In this document: piece after piece, positions 1 to 8,826 of the stretch | Numbering within the stretch: position 1 is the first letter of the stretch | How the letters are laid out: the number at the start of each line of letters is the position of its first letter | NCBI GenBank assembly: GCA_045587665.1 | Contig: JAZNCT010000027.1 | Location: forward strand, 1 to 51,863 | Source of the DNA: Eubacteriales bacterium | GTDB lineage: Bacteria; Bacillota; Clostridia; Oscillospirales; CAG-272 | Direction of reading: 5' to 3' | Length of the DNA stretch: 51,863 nt | Position numbers and translations under genes: made by a program | Notes under the pieces: model-generated | Database searches by the model: none | What the model saw: the letters and a program-made list of their open reading frames with translations, nothing else | What the model was told of the DNA's origin: nothing

Positions 1-25
1 CCTAAGACCGCTTGGCCTCCGACTT
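1..25 (-). other. Untrimmed MGI/BGI (DNBSEQ) sequencing adapter, an assembly artefact
   Basis: The reverse complement of 1-25 is AAGTCGGAGGCCAAGCGGTCTTAGG. This matches the first 25 nt of the MGI adapter as I recall it (AAGTCGGAGGCCAAGCGGTCTTAGGAAGACAA), and it sits at the extreme end of the window. Confidence 0.93.
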
Positions 26-600
26 TGATTGTCATTGTAGAAATAAAAACGACGAATGGTTACCACACCGTTCACATCCATTAAACGCAGAGTAATCATG
101 TTGGTTTCTTCCGGGATGAGACCGATAATCTGGAACTCATGCACCTTGGAGGTATCCGGACGGTTTGGCACAGTAAATGCACCAAAGTCTTTATATTCTG
201 CTTCCGGTGTGTGTACGGAATAAGAAACCGCATATGATTCCTCTGTTTCAAAATACACATAAAGAGACTGGGAATTGGTTTTAAACGGATTATAAATTAC
301 CAGCGGATTGTCCTCAGTATAGGTATGCGTTTTCTGTAACTCACTTATTTCAGAGCGTACTAAAGCTTGGAACTCCGCTGTATAAATGCCGGATTCCGCC
401 TCTGCGAAGTTTTCTTTTACCTCTACCACAATTTCTTTATTGCGGCTTGTATCTTCAATATAATTATCCTGATAGTCCTTCAGGGAAGGAACACCCGTGT
501 CCGGCGTGTTTTTATTATCGCCAAACAACAGCACCACAGCTCCCAGACCAAGCAGGCTCAACATTGCTATTAAAATCAAAATGATATTTGTCTTCTTCAT
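26..600 (-). CDS. Aryl-sulfate sulfotransferase-like protein, N-terminal part (membrane anchor plus Ig-like N domain), truncated at the window edge
   Basis: Not in the ORF track because there is no stop codon. Translated by hand from the ATG at 600: MKKTNIILILIAMLSLLGLGAVVLLFG...YTEDNPLVIYNPFKTNSQSLYVYFET...HEFQIIGLIPEETNMITL. The YTxxNPLVIxNP and HExQIIGL segments are typical of the Firmicute arylsulfotransferase N-terminal domain. The frame stays open until it runs into the adapter. Confidence 0.7.
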
Positions 601-654
601 GGGTCCACCCCTTTTATGTACTCTATCCCTTAGTATAATATATTTACGGATACA

Positions 655-683
655 ATTATACTACATTTTCTTCCAAAATTCAA
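655..683 (-). promoter_or_regulatory. Putative sigma-A promoter for the 600-start gene
   Basis: Minus strand TTGAAT (683-678), 17-bp spacer, TATAAT (660-655). Confidence 0.5.
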
Positions 684-702
684 GGGGGGAAAGGGAATTA
701 AA

Positions 703-1917
703 ATGAAAACTACAGCAATTATTTGTGAATTTAATCCTCTACATAACGGGCATATCAGGCTTATTGATAAAGCACGCGAAGGGGGTGCTGACCGCATTCT
801 TTGTATAATGAGTGGGAATTTCATTCAGCGCGGGGAGCCGGCTATTATGGATAAATATACGAGAGCAAGATCTGCTGTGCTTGCGGGAGCCGATATAGTG
901 CTTGAAATGCCTTTGCCCTTTGCCGCCGGAAGTGCGGAATATTTTGCATGGGCGGGAGTATATATAGCAGATAAGCTCGGCTTTGCAGACGAGCTTATAT
1001 TTGGCAGTGAAAGCGGAGATATTGATGAACTCAGACTGATTGCCAAGAGACAGCTCTCGCCTGAATATACTCAGCGTCTTTCAGAGATATATAGGGGGGA
1101 GGCAGGATATCCTGCTGCAATGCAAAGGGCTTATGAAGAGCTATACGGCAAAAGCGGACTTTTGAATAGTCCAAACAACATTTTGGCTATTGAATATATA
1201 AAGTCACTGATCCGCCTTTCCTCTCCTATAACAGCCGCAACGGTTCGGAGAGAGGATAACTATTCTTCAGATCAACTTGGCACATCCTATCCCTCGGCAA
1301 CAGCCCTGCGTCGTCTTATAGAACGCTCTGAGGTGGGAAAGCTGGCCTCACATATGCCGATGCAGGTCTACAAGGAGCTTTGTGCTGCAGGAGAAAGAGG
1401 GCTGTTTCCTATAAATATGAATAAATACGGTGAATATGCTCTTTCATATCTGCGTCTTTGCCATAAGGATGATCTTTCAAATATAGTTGGAATGGGCGGA
1501 GGAATTGAAAACCGCATTTTGCAGGCGGCATCAGTCTCATCTACCTATGAAGAGCTGCTTTGCGCTATTTCAACTAAAAAATATACAGATGCAAAGCTTC
1601 GCAGAGCAATTCTTGCTTCACTTCTCGGTGTTACTAATACCCATATGGAGCGTGACATTCCATATGTGCGCTTGCTTGCGGCAGGTCGAAAGGGAAGAGA
1701 AATGCTGGCACTTTTGCGCAAAAACGAAAATATTTTTATTGCAACAAAAACTGCCGATATCAAAGGCATAATCGAAGGGCTTGAAACAGGCAAAAGAGCG
1801 GTGGCAAGGCGTCTTTATGAAATTGAAAAAAGGGCAGATGCACTTTTTACACTGTGTCTGCCTCATCCCAAAGAAGCCGGATTTTTTGGAAAGATGATGC
1901 CTTTTGTAGAAAAGTAA
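703..1917 (+). CDS. tmcAL: tRNA(Met) cytidine acetate ligase (HIGH-family nucleotidyltransferase, YlbM/TmcAL)
   Basis: N-terminal CEFNPLHNGH (HIGH-like), SGNFIQRGEPA, FGSESG, PNNILAIEY and SATALR motifs; 404 aa. Confidence 0.88.
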   Translation: MKTTAIICEFNPLHNGHIRLIDKAREGGADRILCIMSGNFIQRGEPAIMDKYTRARSAVLAGADIVLEMPLPFAAGSAEYFAWAGVYIADKLGFADELIFGSESGDIDELRLIAKRQLSPEYTQRLSEIYRGEAGYPAAMQRAYEELYGKSGLLNSPNNILAIEYIKSLIRLSSPITAATVRREDNYSSDQLGTSYPSATALRRLIERSEVGKLASHMPMQVYKELCAAGERGLFPINMNKYGEYALSYLRLCHKDDLSNIVGMGGGIENRILQAASVSSTYEELLCAISTKKYTDAKLRRAILASLLGVTNTHMERDIPYVRLLAAGRKGREMLALLRKNENIFIATKTADIKGIIEGLETGKRAVARRLYEIEKRADALFTLCLPHPKEAGFFGKMMPFVEK

Positions 1918-1940
1918 AAAAACAAGTTTACAAATTATCG

Positions 1941-1969
1941 TTGACTTATAAGGTGAAATATTGTATAAT
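1941..1969 (+). promoter_or_regulatory. Sigma-A promoter
   Basis: TTGACT (1941-1946), 17 bp, TATAAT (1964-1969), upstream of a GGAGG RBS and the ATG at 2000. Confidence 0.7.
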
Positions 1970-1999
1970 ATAGAAAAGTTTATTTTTGGAGGAATAATT

Positions 2000-2278
2000 A
2001 TGGCTGAAAAGGTAACAGGCAAATACCTTGAATATAAGGGCAAGCCCCTTGTAAGAGAGGGCGACACTATTTGCTATGGAGATAAAACAGATAAGTGCTT
2101 TCTGATTCTTGAGATAATGTCTTATAAAAAGGTTGGAGACGCTGAGATACCCGAGAAGATATTCATTCAGATCGTGGATTCCCAAAACCCTTCAAAGATC
2201 GTAAAGCAGGGAGAGAAGAACGGCCTTTACGATGCTTTTGGAATAGGGCTTATTTGGCTTGATATGGCAAATAAATAA
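2000..2278 (+). CDS. Small hypothetical protein (92 aa)
   Basis: GGAGG RBS precedes the ATG at 2000; the ORF-track start at 1961 overlaps the promoter. YKGKPLVREGDTICYGD... looks like a real globular protein, but I cannot assign a function. Confidence 0.75.
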   Translation: MAEKVTGKYLEYKGKPLVREGDTICYGDKTDKCFLILEIMSYKKVGDAEIPEKIFIQIVDSQNPSKIVKQGEKNGLYDAFGIGLIWLDMANK

Positions 2279-2287
2279 GAGGTTGGT

Positions 2288-3442
2288 ATGAAGAGATTTT
2301 ATTTTATACTTCTTTCTGCTTTTTTGATCGTTTTCTGTTTTGCTTCCTGTGGGGAAAATGATTCTACCCGGGGCAATGCGGATACCGATGCTGTTTCCGA
2401 CACAGTGACAAATACCTATATAACAGAGGCACCGCTCACCGATACAGAACCGCTTTTGCCGCCCCAGATCAAGTTGCCCGATCATTTGAATCCGCTGACG
2501 GGGCTTGGTGCTTCTGAAGATCTTTCCGCGTCGCGTCCCGTGGCAATTATGATAAATAACCTGAGGGCTGCTCTTCCTCAGCCCGGCCTTTCTGATTTCG
2601 ATATTCTTTATGAATGTCTTGTTGAGGGCGGAATAACAAGGCTTATGGGAGTTAAATCCGATTACAGGGAGCTTGGCGTTGTTGGCTCTATTCGCTCCTG
2701 CCGTCATTATTATTTAGACCTTGTGCAGAATCACGATGCTATATATATTCACGCTGGCGGAAGCGATCAGGGCTATATTGAGGTAAAAAACAGAGATATA
2801 GACAATCTTGACGGTGTTAATATGTATGTTAAGGATATGTTTTACCGCGATCAGGATAGGCTCAGTGCCGGCTACGGATATGAGCACACACTGATGACCT
2901 CGGGCGAGAGGATAGAGGGCGGTATCGCATATAAAAAATACCGCACGGAGCTTCGGGATGAATTTAAGGGGGCAGATGCCTTTAATTTTGTTGACTATGG
3001 CACACAGCGTGAGCTCAGTGGCGGGGATGCCCTTTGCCTGCGCCTTCCTTATTCAAAATATCAGACTGTTCGCTTTGACTATGATAAGGCTACAAAGTCT
3101 TATTACCGCTGTCAGTTTGAGAATGAGCCCCACGTTGACGGAACAAGCGGTAAGCAGATCAGCTTTACAAATGTTTTTGTGCTATTCTGCAATGTTGTAA
3201 ATCTTGGGGATTCATACGGTCATCTTGACATTACTACCGAGAATGAAAATGGCAGCGGATATTATTTGTCAGGCGGCAGATATGAGCCTATAACATGGAG
3301 TAAACCTACGGCAGATTCACCTATTGTCTATTACGGTGAAGACGGCGAGGAGCTTTCCGTAAACAGAGGCAAGACATTTGTTTCAATTTTCCCCGAATAT
3401 AACAGAGAAAATATTGATTTTAATTTTGCACCTGCGGAATAA
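2288..3442 (+). CDS. DUF3048 (YerB-like) lipoprotein
   Basis: Signal peptide ending in lipobox-like FASC, then a Thr/Asp/Pro linker, then RPVAIMINN, PQPGL..DILYECLVEGGITRL, GSIRSCRHY and C-terminal NRGKTFV, all characteristic of DUF3048. Confidence 0.85.
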   Translation: MKRFYFILLSAFLIVFCFASCGENDSTRGNADTDAVSDTVTNTYITEAPLTDTEPLLPPQIKLPDHLNPLTGLGASEDLSASRPVAIMINNLRAALPQPGLSDFDILYECLVEGGITRLMGVKSDYRELGVVGSIRSCRHYYLDLVQNHDAIYIHAGGSDQGYIEVKNRDIDNLDGVNMYVKDMFYRDQDRLSAGYGYEHTLMTSGERIEGGIAYKKYRTELRDEFKGADAFNFVDYGTQRELSGGDALCLRLPYSKYQTVRFDYDKATKSYYRCQFENEPHVDGTSGKQISFTNVFVLFCNVVNLGDSYGHLDITTENENGSGYYLSGGRYEPITWSKPTADSPIVYYGEDGEELSVNRGKTFVSIFPEYNRENIDFNFAPAE

Positions 3443-3452
3443 TATAATTGTC

Positions 3453-3482
3453 ATCGGCTGAGCTTTTGGCTCAGCCGATTTT
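3453..3482 (+). terminator. Rho-independent terminator
   Basis: ATCGGCTGAGC / GCTCAGCCGAT 11-bp inverted repeat followed by a T-run, just after the DUF3048 stop. Confidence 0.8.
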
Positions 3483-3516
3483 GCTTTAAAAAGTTGTTTT
3501 ATGACGGAAATAAATC

Positions 3517-3550
3517 AAAAAAGAACCCCGGCAGATATGATTCTGCCGGG
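3517..3550 (-). terminator. Rho-independent terminator of the ROK kinase gene
   Basis: CCCGGCAGA / TCTGCCGGG 9-bp stem; followed on the minus strand by GTTCTTTTTT. Confidence 0.7.
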
Positions 3551-3570
3551 AATTTAGATATTTCTTGGAA

Positions 3571-4530
3571 TTACATACCAAGTGTTGCTGCACCAACTAT
3601 GCCTGCGTCGTTTCCAAGCTTTGCTATGCGCAGCTCGGTTGCTTTAACAACACCGCCGCCGTAGGTTTCTGCCTTGATCAGCGGATCAAGCATATCAATG
3701 AGAATCTGACCCTCATTTGAAATGCCTCCGCCGATAGAAACAACCTCAGGCTGGAAGATATTGACTATATTTGCAAGACCTGTTGCCAGATAGGCGATAT
3801 ATGAGTCAACGACCTCTTTTGCGGCTTTGTCCCCCCTGTTCATAGCCATAAATGCTGTTCTTCCGCTAACCCTGCCATGTTCAGCGGCAATGTCGCTCAT
3901 GAGAGTGTGAATACCTGATTGCTTACATTCCTCGATCTTTTCTCTTGTCATGTTTATAAGACCTGTAGCAGAGCTGTAAGCTTCCCAGCAGCCCTTGCGT
4001 CCGCAAGAGCAGGGCTTGCCGCCGTGTTCAATAACGATGTGCCCAAGTTCAGCACCGGCAAAATTGAAGCCGGAATAAACCTTATTATCTATGATTATTC
4101 CGCCGCCAACGCCTGTTCCGAGAGTTATCATTATAGAATTGGATGTGCCCTTTGCGGCGCCGGCGATAGCTTCTCCCCAGGCAGCGGCATTGGCATCGTT
4201 TTCAACGTGAACGCTTCCTACGCCTGTAAGGGAAGAGATAAGCGAGCATATAGGGAATTTTCTGAAGGGAAGATTGTTTGCATATTCAACAATGCCGTCT
4301 GCGCTGTTGGCAATGCCGGGAGATGCGATGCCGATAGACTCGATTTCGTTCATGTCAATTCCGTTATCGGCTGTGATCTTTTTGCAAAGGTTTGCTATAT
4401 CCTGTGCAACCTTGTCGGCACCTTCGGTTACTACTGTGGGTACGCTGGACTTTGCGATGATCTTAAATTCCGAGTTAACAATACCTGCGGCGATATTTGT
4501 GCCGCCAAGGTCTATACCAATACGATACAT
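3571..4530 (-). CDS. ROK-family sugar kinase (glucokinase-like)
   Basis: IGIDLGGTN, ENDANAAAWGE, TLGTGVGGG, AELGH and CSCGRKGCWE Zn motif. No N-terminal HTH, so a kinase rather than a ROK repressor. Confidence 0.92.
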   Translation of the reverse strand: MYRIGIDLGGTNIAAGIVNSEFKIIAKSSVPTVVTEGADKVAQDIANLCKKITADNGIDMNEIESIGIASPGIANSADGIVEYANNLPFRKFPICSLISSLTGVGSVHVENDANAAAWGEAIAGAAKGTSNSIMITLGTGVGGGIIIDNKVYSGFNFAGAELGHIVIEHGGKPCSCGRKGCWEAYSSATGLINMTREKIEECKQSGIHTLMSDIAAEHGRVSGRTAFMAMNRGDKAAKEVVDSYIAYLATGLANIVNIFQPEVVSIGGGISNEGQILIDMLDPLIKAETYGGGVVKATELRIAKLGNDAGIVGAATLGM

Positions 4531-4599
4531 TTTAGATACCTCTCATGCTTTGATTTTGCCAAGAGTTAGAAAAAATACACCTTGGCACTGCATATAGAT

Positions 4600-4628
4600 A
4601 TTATAACTGTTATTTGCAATAAAGTCAA
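4600..4628 (-). promoter_or_regulatory. Sigma-A promoter of the ROK kinase gene
   Basis: Minus strand TTGACT (4628-4623), 17 bp, TATAAT (4605-4600). Confidence 0.7.
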
Positions 4629-5154
4629 CCTGATTCTGTATAAATATTAAAGAAAAAACACACAACCTTTTTCACCCGAAGAAAAGCACTGAATTTATCA
4701 TAAAAAGCCGATTGTTATAAAAATGAATAATTGTAAAAAAATGTAAAAACACTCGAAAAATGTGCGCTCAATTATGCCAAAAACGGAAAAAATAATGTTT
4801 TTGTGCATTTTGTATATGTGTAGAAAATTTGACCTTGTTTTTGTTGAAAATTCACAAAGAATTTTGGGCTTCAATAGGAATGGTGGAGATTTGACGCATA
4901 GGCGATTGGGTAAATTTTGCTTACGCAGATGCTGGAACGTCTATTGATATCGGATGTATCTGTGAAAATATGCACAAAAAAGCTATATGATGCGACGGAT
5001 TGTTGAAAATGTTGGTAAAATAAATTTACCATTGAGTTTTTTGAACAAATTTATAACAAATGATACCGATTTTGTGATGAAAAAAAGATCGCAAATTGAA
5101 GCATTTTGAACTTTTTAAAACGGTTTTGAGCCTTTCTTATATTAAATACAACGC

Positions 5155-5184
5155 TTGACATTTTTGGGTATTGTATGTTATTAT
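5155..5184 (+). promoter_or_regulatory. Sigma-A promoter (extended -10) of the ABC/DUF5696 operon
   Basis: TTGACA (5155-5160), 18 bp, TG-n-TATTAT (-10 at 5179-5184). Confidence 0.6.
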
Positions 5185-5533
5185 TATTGCATGAAAATAG
5201 GGCCAAATTATGCCCCTGAGCAAATAAATAGTGCTTTTCTGCTCTTGAAAAAGCTCATTTGGGGACGTGCTTGACCTTTGTGTTTCTGCGCATAGCGATA
5301 TGCTGCCGATGAGTTCGCTGTTTCTGCCGTTTTGGTGGTGGCGATGTGCGGTTTCTCTTGTCATTCGGGATTCCGCTTGCTTTGTCTGTCGGCAGATTTG
5401 CGATCGTTTGATTTTGCTTTTCTTTTTTTGGCCACGGCAGATCGGAAACAGACGGGCGGAAAGATCGCATGATGCCGCGCGACATTCTAACCCCGACACG
5501 GATGTGTCACAATTTTGCAGGAGGAATTTGCAG

Positions 5534-8500
5534 ATGATGAAAACACTACTTAAAAGATCAACGGCGTTTGCGCTTGCTTTGATCATGGCTATCGGTTGCG
5601 GTCAGTTTGCCGTCTTCGCTACCGATACAGAAGAGACTGCTGATGTGCTTGTCTCTGCCCCCATTGAGGTCACACCGGCTGAGGGTGACGGCGTGGGCGG
5701 TTCTTCGGTCTCTGATACCACCATTGAGGATGTCAGAGAAATTTTGAATGCTATTTCATATGAAGAGTATTCGGAAAAATTTGCTAACGTTGCCAGAGCA
5801 GAGCAGAGCTTGCATATAAGCGCACTCGACTATCTGGCTGACAAGACAGATGCCAAGGTTTCTGCCACGAAAGAATATCCCGCTGAGGATGGCAGTGAAC
5901 TTGAGTCTCTTTTCGTTCCCGGCGACGGTACTGTTGTTTGGGGCGTTGAGATTCCGGCAACTGCTAAATACAGTATTCAGCTTGAATATTATCCTATTGA
6001 GGCCAAATCGGTTCCGGTTCAAAGGATCTTCAGAGTAAACAGTAAGATCCCGTTTGCCGAGGCTCGTTACATAACGATGTCAAAGGTCTGGTCAAATACA
6101 TATGAAGAGCTTGATGCCGAGACAGGACGCAAATTTAAACTGGATATTGATAGAAATGAGCTTCGTCCTATGATGGCTCAGACCCCTGAATGGAGAGTTT
6201 ATGAGCTTCGCGACGGCGATGGCTTCTATTCTGAGAGCTTTGAGTTTGTTTTTGAGGCAGGCTACAATGAGATATCTCTCGAATCTGTGAGTGAGCCAAT
6301 GGCTCTTAAGAGCATTACTCTTGTTCCTCACACCGATCTTCCCAGCTATGAAAGCATTTCTGCAGACTATGCTTCAAAGGGGTATGCTCCCGCAGGCAAG
6401 GATGCTTATGTTCATTTTGAGGCAGAAGAACCGGTAGCAACTTCTTCGCAGACAGTATACCCTGTTGAAGATGTTTCTTCGGCAATAACTTCTCCCAGCG
6501 ATTCAACAAGAATCATTCTCAACACTATTGGCGGTGAGAAGTGGCAGACACCGGGTCAGTGGGCACGCTATAAGTTCACTCCCGAAAAGAGCGGTCTTTA
6601 TAATATTGTTACAAGATATAAGCAGAGTATAAACGATGGTCTTTACAGTTCCCGTACTCTCTATATCTATGGCGGCCAGTATAACGGAGTTCCTTTCTCC
6701 GAGGCAACTCAGCTTCGTTTTGGATACTCTTCCGAATGGCAGGTTGCAAAGCTTGGCGATGGCAATACCGAATTTGCTTTCTATTTTGAGGCAGGTACAG
6801 AATATACCATTGAGCTTGAGGTTTCTCTTGGCTCTATGGGCGATGTGGTTCGCCGCGTTGAAAGCGCTCTTACCAGAATCAACAATGCCTACCTTAATAT
6901 TATAAAGCTGACAGGCTCCAGCCCTGACAGCTACCGTGACTACGGCTTTTCACGTGTAATGCCTGAGGTGCTTAATGAGTTTATTCTTATGTCTCGTGAA
7001 ATAAACGATGTTTCTGAATATCTCGCTAATGTTGCCCGTGTTAAGGGTTCTCAGGTTGCAACACTTGACAGAGTTTCATGGCTTCTTGAAAAGATGGGCT
7101 CTGATGAGGATGTTATCGCCAAGAACCTCAGCGAGCTTAAGGCTTACATCGGTAACCTTGGTACATGGATAACAACAGCTAAGACTCAGCCTCTTCAGCT
7201 TGACTATATCGTTGTTCAGTCTACAGATGCAGAGCTTCCCGAGGCAACAGAAGGCTTCTTTAAGGCTTTCATGTTTGAAATTCAAAAGTTCTTTATGAGC
7301 TTTGTTCGTAACTATGACCGTGTAGGTTCTCAGGAAGAGCTTAAAGATGATGACGATGTTGTTGAGGTTTGGCTTGCATACGGTCGTGACCAGTCGCAGG
7401 TTATCAGAACTCTTGTAAACAACGAGTTCACTCCGCAGTCCGGCGTTTCCGTTAATTTGAAGCTTGTTGCGGGAGGTACACTTCTTCCTTCTATTCTTGC
7501 AGGCATGGGCCCCGATGTTTATATCGGTCTTGGACAGTCGGAGGTTATCAACTATGCTATCCGAAGCGCAGTTATGCCTATCGAACAAATGGAAAACTAT
7601 GATGAGGTTATCGGCTCCTTTAACGATGCGGCTATGATCCCGCTTGGAATTGAGGATGCTGAGGGCGTTTATCACTGCTATGGTCTGCCCGAAACTCAGC
7701 GATTCCCGATGATGTTCTATCGCAAGGACGTTCTTGCTGACCTTGGAATTGATATTCCTAAGACATGGGACGATATTCTTGCGGCAGTTCCTGTTCTCCA
7801 GGCAAACAACATGGAGATCGGTCTTACAACCGAATATAAGATGTTCCTCTATCAGAAGGGTGGAGAGCTCTTTGCTGATAACGGAATGAGAATAAATCTT
7901 GATGCTAATATTGCACTTGAATCCTTTGAGATGATGTGTAATATGTTTACAATGTATTCCTTCCCATATAACTATAACTTCACAAACCGTTTCAGAACAG
8001 GTGAGATGCCTATAGGAATTGCAACATACAGCGATACTTATAACAACCTTATAGTATTTGCAACCGAGATCGACGGACTTTGGGAATTTGCTCCTCTGCC
8101 CGGCATAATGGATGAAGAGGGCAATATAAACAATGTTTCGATTTCAACTATAACGGCAACTGTTATGATAGATGGCTGTGACAATCCCGAAGATGCTTGG
8201 AAGTTTATGCAGTGGTATTGCGGAGAAAGCTGCCAGATACAGTATTCAAACGAAATGGTTGCTATTCTCGGTGACTCTGCTAAGCACCCAACTGCAAACA
8301 TAAATGCGCTCTCCAGCTTGCCTTGGACAACAGATGAGCTGAACAACCTTGAACTTCAGTTCAACAACCTGGCATCTATTCCTAACTATCCCGGATATTA
8401 TTTTATCGACCGTTATACAGGCTTTGCTTTCCTTTCTGCTTATAACGATAAGGCAAATCCTGTAACAGAGCTTCTCAGTTACATAAATACTATCAACAAA

Positions 8501-8779
8501 GAGATAACTCGTAAGCGTGGCGAGTTTGGCCTTGAGACCCTTGAGGTTGGTCAAACACTTGCAGAAAAGCGCTTGGGTCAGGCTCTTGAAGCACTTGAGG
8601 AAATAAACAACGCATCCTACTCCGCTCAGATCGAGGCAGCAAAGGCAGCGATTGCAAGCGAGACGGATATACAGGCAATCAGTGCCGCAGCTGACGCTCT
8701 TGAAGCCGCTGATGCGACGCTCTTTGAGACAGTGATCGGATATCTCCGCGAGGCTTCCGCAGCATTGTCTACCTATTAA
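5534..8779 (+). CDS. Giant extracellular solute-binding protein (N-terminal CBM-like beta-sandwich region plus C-terminal sugar SBP family 1 domain)
   Basis: True start is most likely the ATG at 5534 after CAGGAGG, giving ~1081 aa. Signal peptide MMKTLLKRSTAFALALIMAIGCGQFAVFA; two FEAE/'GLYNIVTRY'-type beta-rich modules; a helical linker; then SBP motifs GRDQSQVI, YGLPETQRFPMMFYRKD, PKTWDD, FRTGEMPIGI and AWKFMQW. Confidence 0.85.
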   Translation: MMKTLLKRSTAFALALIMAIGCGQFAVFATDTEETADVLVSAPIEVTPAEGDGVGGSSVSDTTIEDVREILNAISYEEYSEKFANVARAEQSLHISALDYLADKTDAKVSATKEYPAEDGSELESLFVPGDGTVVWGVEIPATAKYSIQLEYYPIEAKSVPVQRIFRVNSKIPFAEARYITMSKVWSNTYEELDAETGRKFKLDIDRNELRPMMAQTPEWRVYELRDGDGFYSESFEFVFEAGYNEISLESVSEPMALKSITLVPHTDLPSYESISADYASKGYAPAGKDAYVHFEAEEPVATSSQTVYPVEDVSSAITSPSDSTRIILNTIGGEKWQTPGQWARYKFTPEKSGLYNIVTRYKQSINDGLYSSRTLYIYGGQYNGVPFSEATQLRFGYSSEWQVAKLGDGNTEFAFYFEAGTEYTIELEVSLGSMGDVVRRVESALTRINNAYLNIIKLTGSSPDSYRDYGFSRVMPEVLNEFILMSREINDVSEYLANVARVKGSQVATLDRVSWLLEKMGSDEDVIAKNLSELKAYIGNLGTWITTAKTQPLQLDYIVVQSTDAELPEATEGFFKAFMFEIQKFFMSFVRNYDRVGSQEELKDDDDVVEVWLAYGRDQSQVIRTLVNNEFTPQSGVSVNLKLVAGGTLLPSILAGMGPDVYIGLGQSEVINYAIRSAVMPIEQMENYDEVIGSFNDAAMIPLGIEDAEGVYHCYGLPETQRFPMMFYRKDVLADLGIDIPKTWDDILAAVPVLQANNMEIGLTTEYKMFLYQKGGELFADNGMRINLDANIALESFEMMCNMFTMYSFPYNYNFTNRFRTGEMPIGIATYSDTYNNLIVFATEIDGLWEFAPLPGIMDEEGNINNVSISTITATVMIDGCDNPEDAWKFMQWYCGESCQIQYSNEMVAILGDSAKHPTANINALSSLPWTTDELNNLELQFNNLASIPNYPGYYFIDRYTGFAFLSAYNDKANPVTELLSYINTINKEITRKRGEFGLETLEVGQTLAEKRLGQALEALEEINNASYSAQIEAAKAAIASETDIQAISAAADALEAADATLFETVIGYLREASAALSTY

Positions 8780-8826
8780 ATATTATAAACAACACAATTT
8801 AGACTAAAATATTAAGGAGAGAGCAT

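Noticed and set aside
3571..4530. ROK transcriptional repressor controlling the ABC operon
   Set aside because: At 319 aa it starts directly with the kinase IGIDLGGT motif and has no N-terminal HTH.
3919..4569. 216-aa plus-strand ORF, and similar ones (7076-7675, 26230-27078, 41582-42568, 44831-45400, 50866-51762)
   Set aside because: Antisense shadows of well-supported genes, with no RBS or recognisable motifs.
5267..5533. 89-aa N-terminal extension of the SBP given in the ORF track
   Set aside because: No RBS at 5267. A strong CAGGAGG and a signal peptide begin at 5534, so the region is better explained as an untranslated leader.
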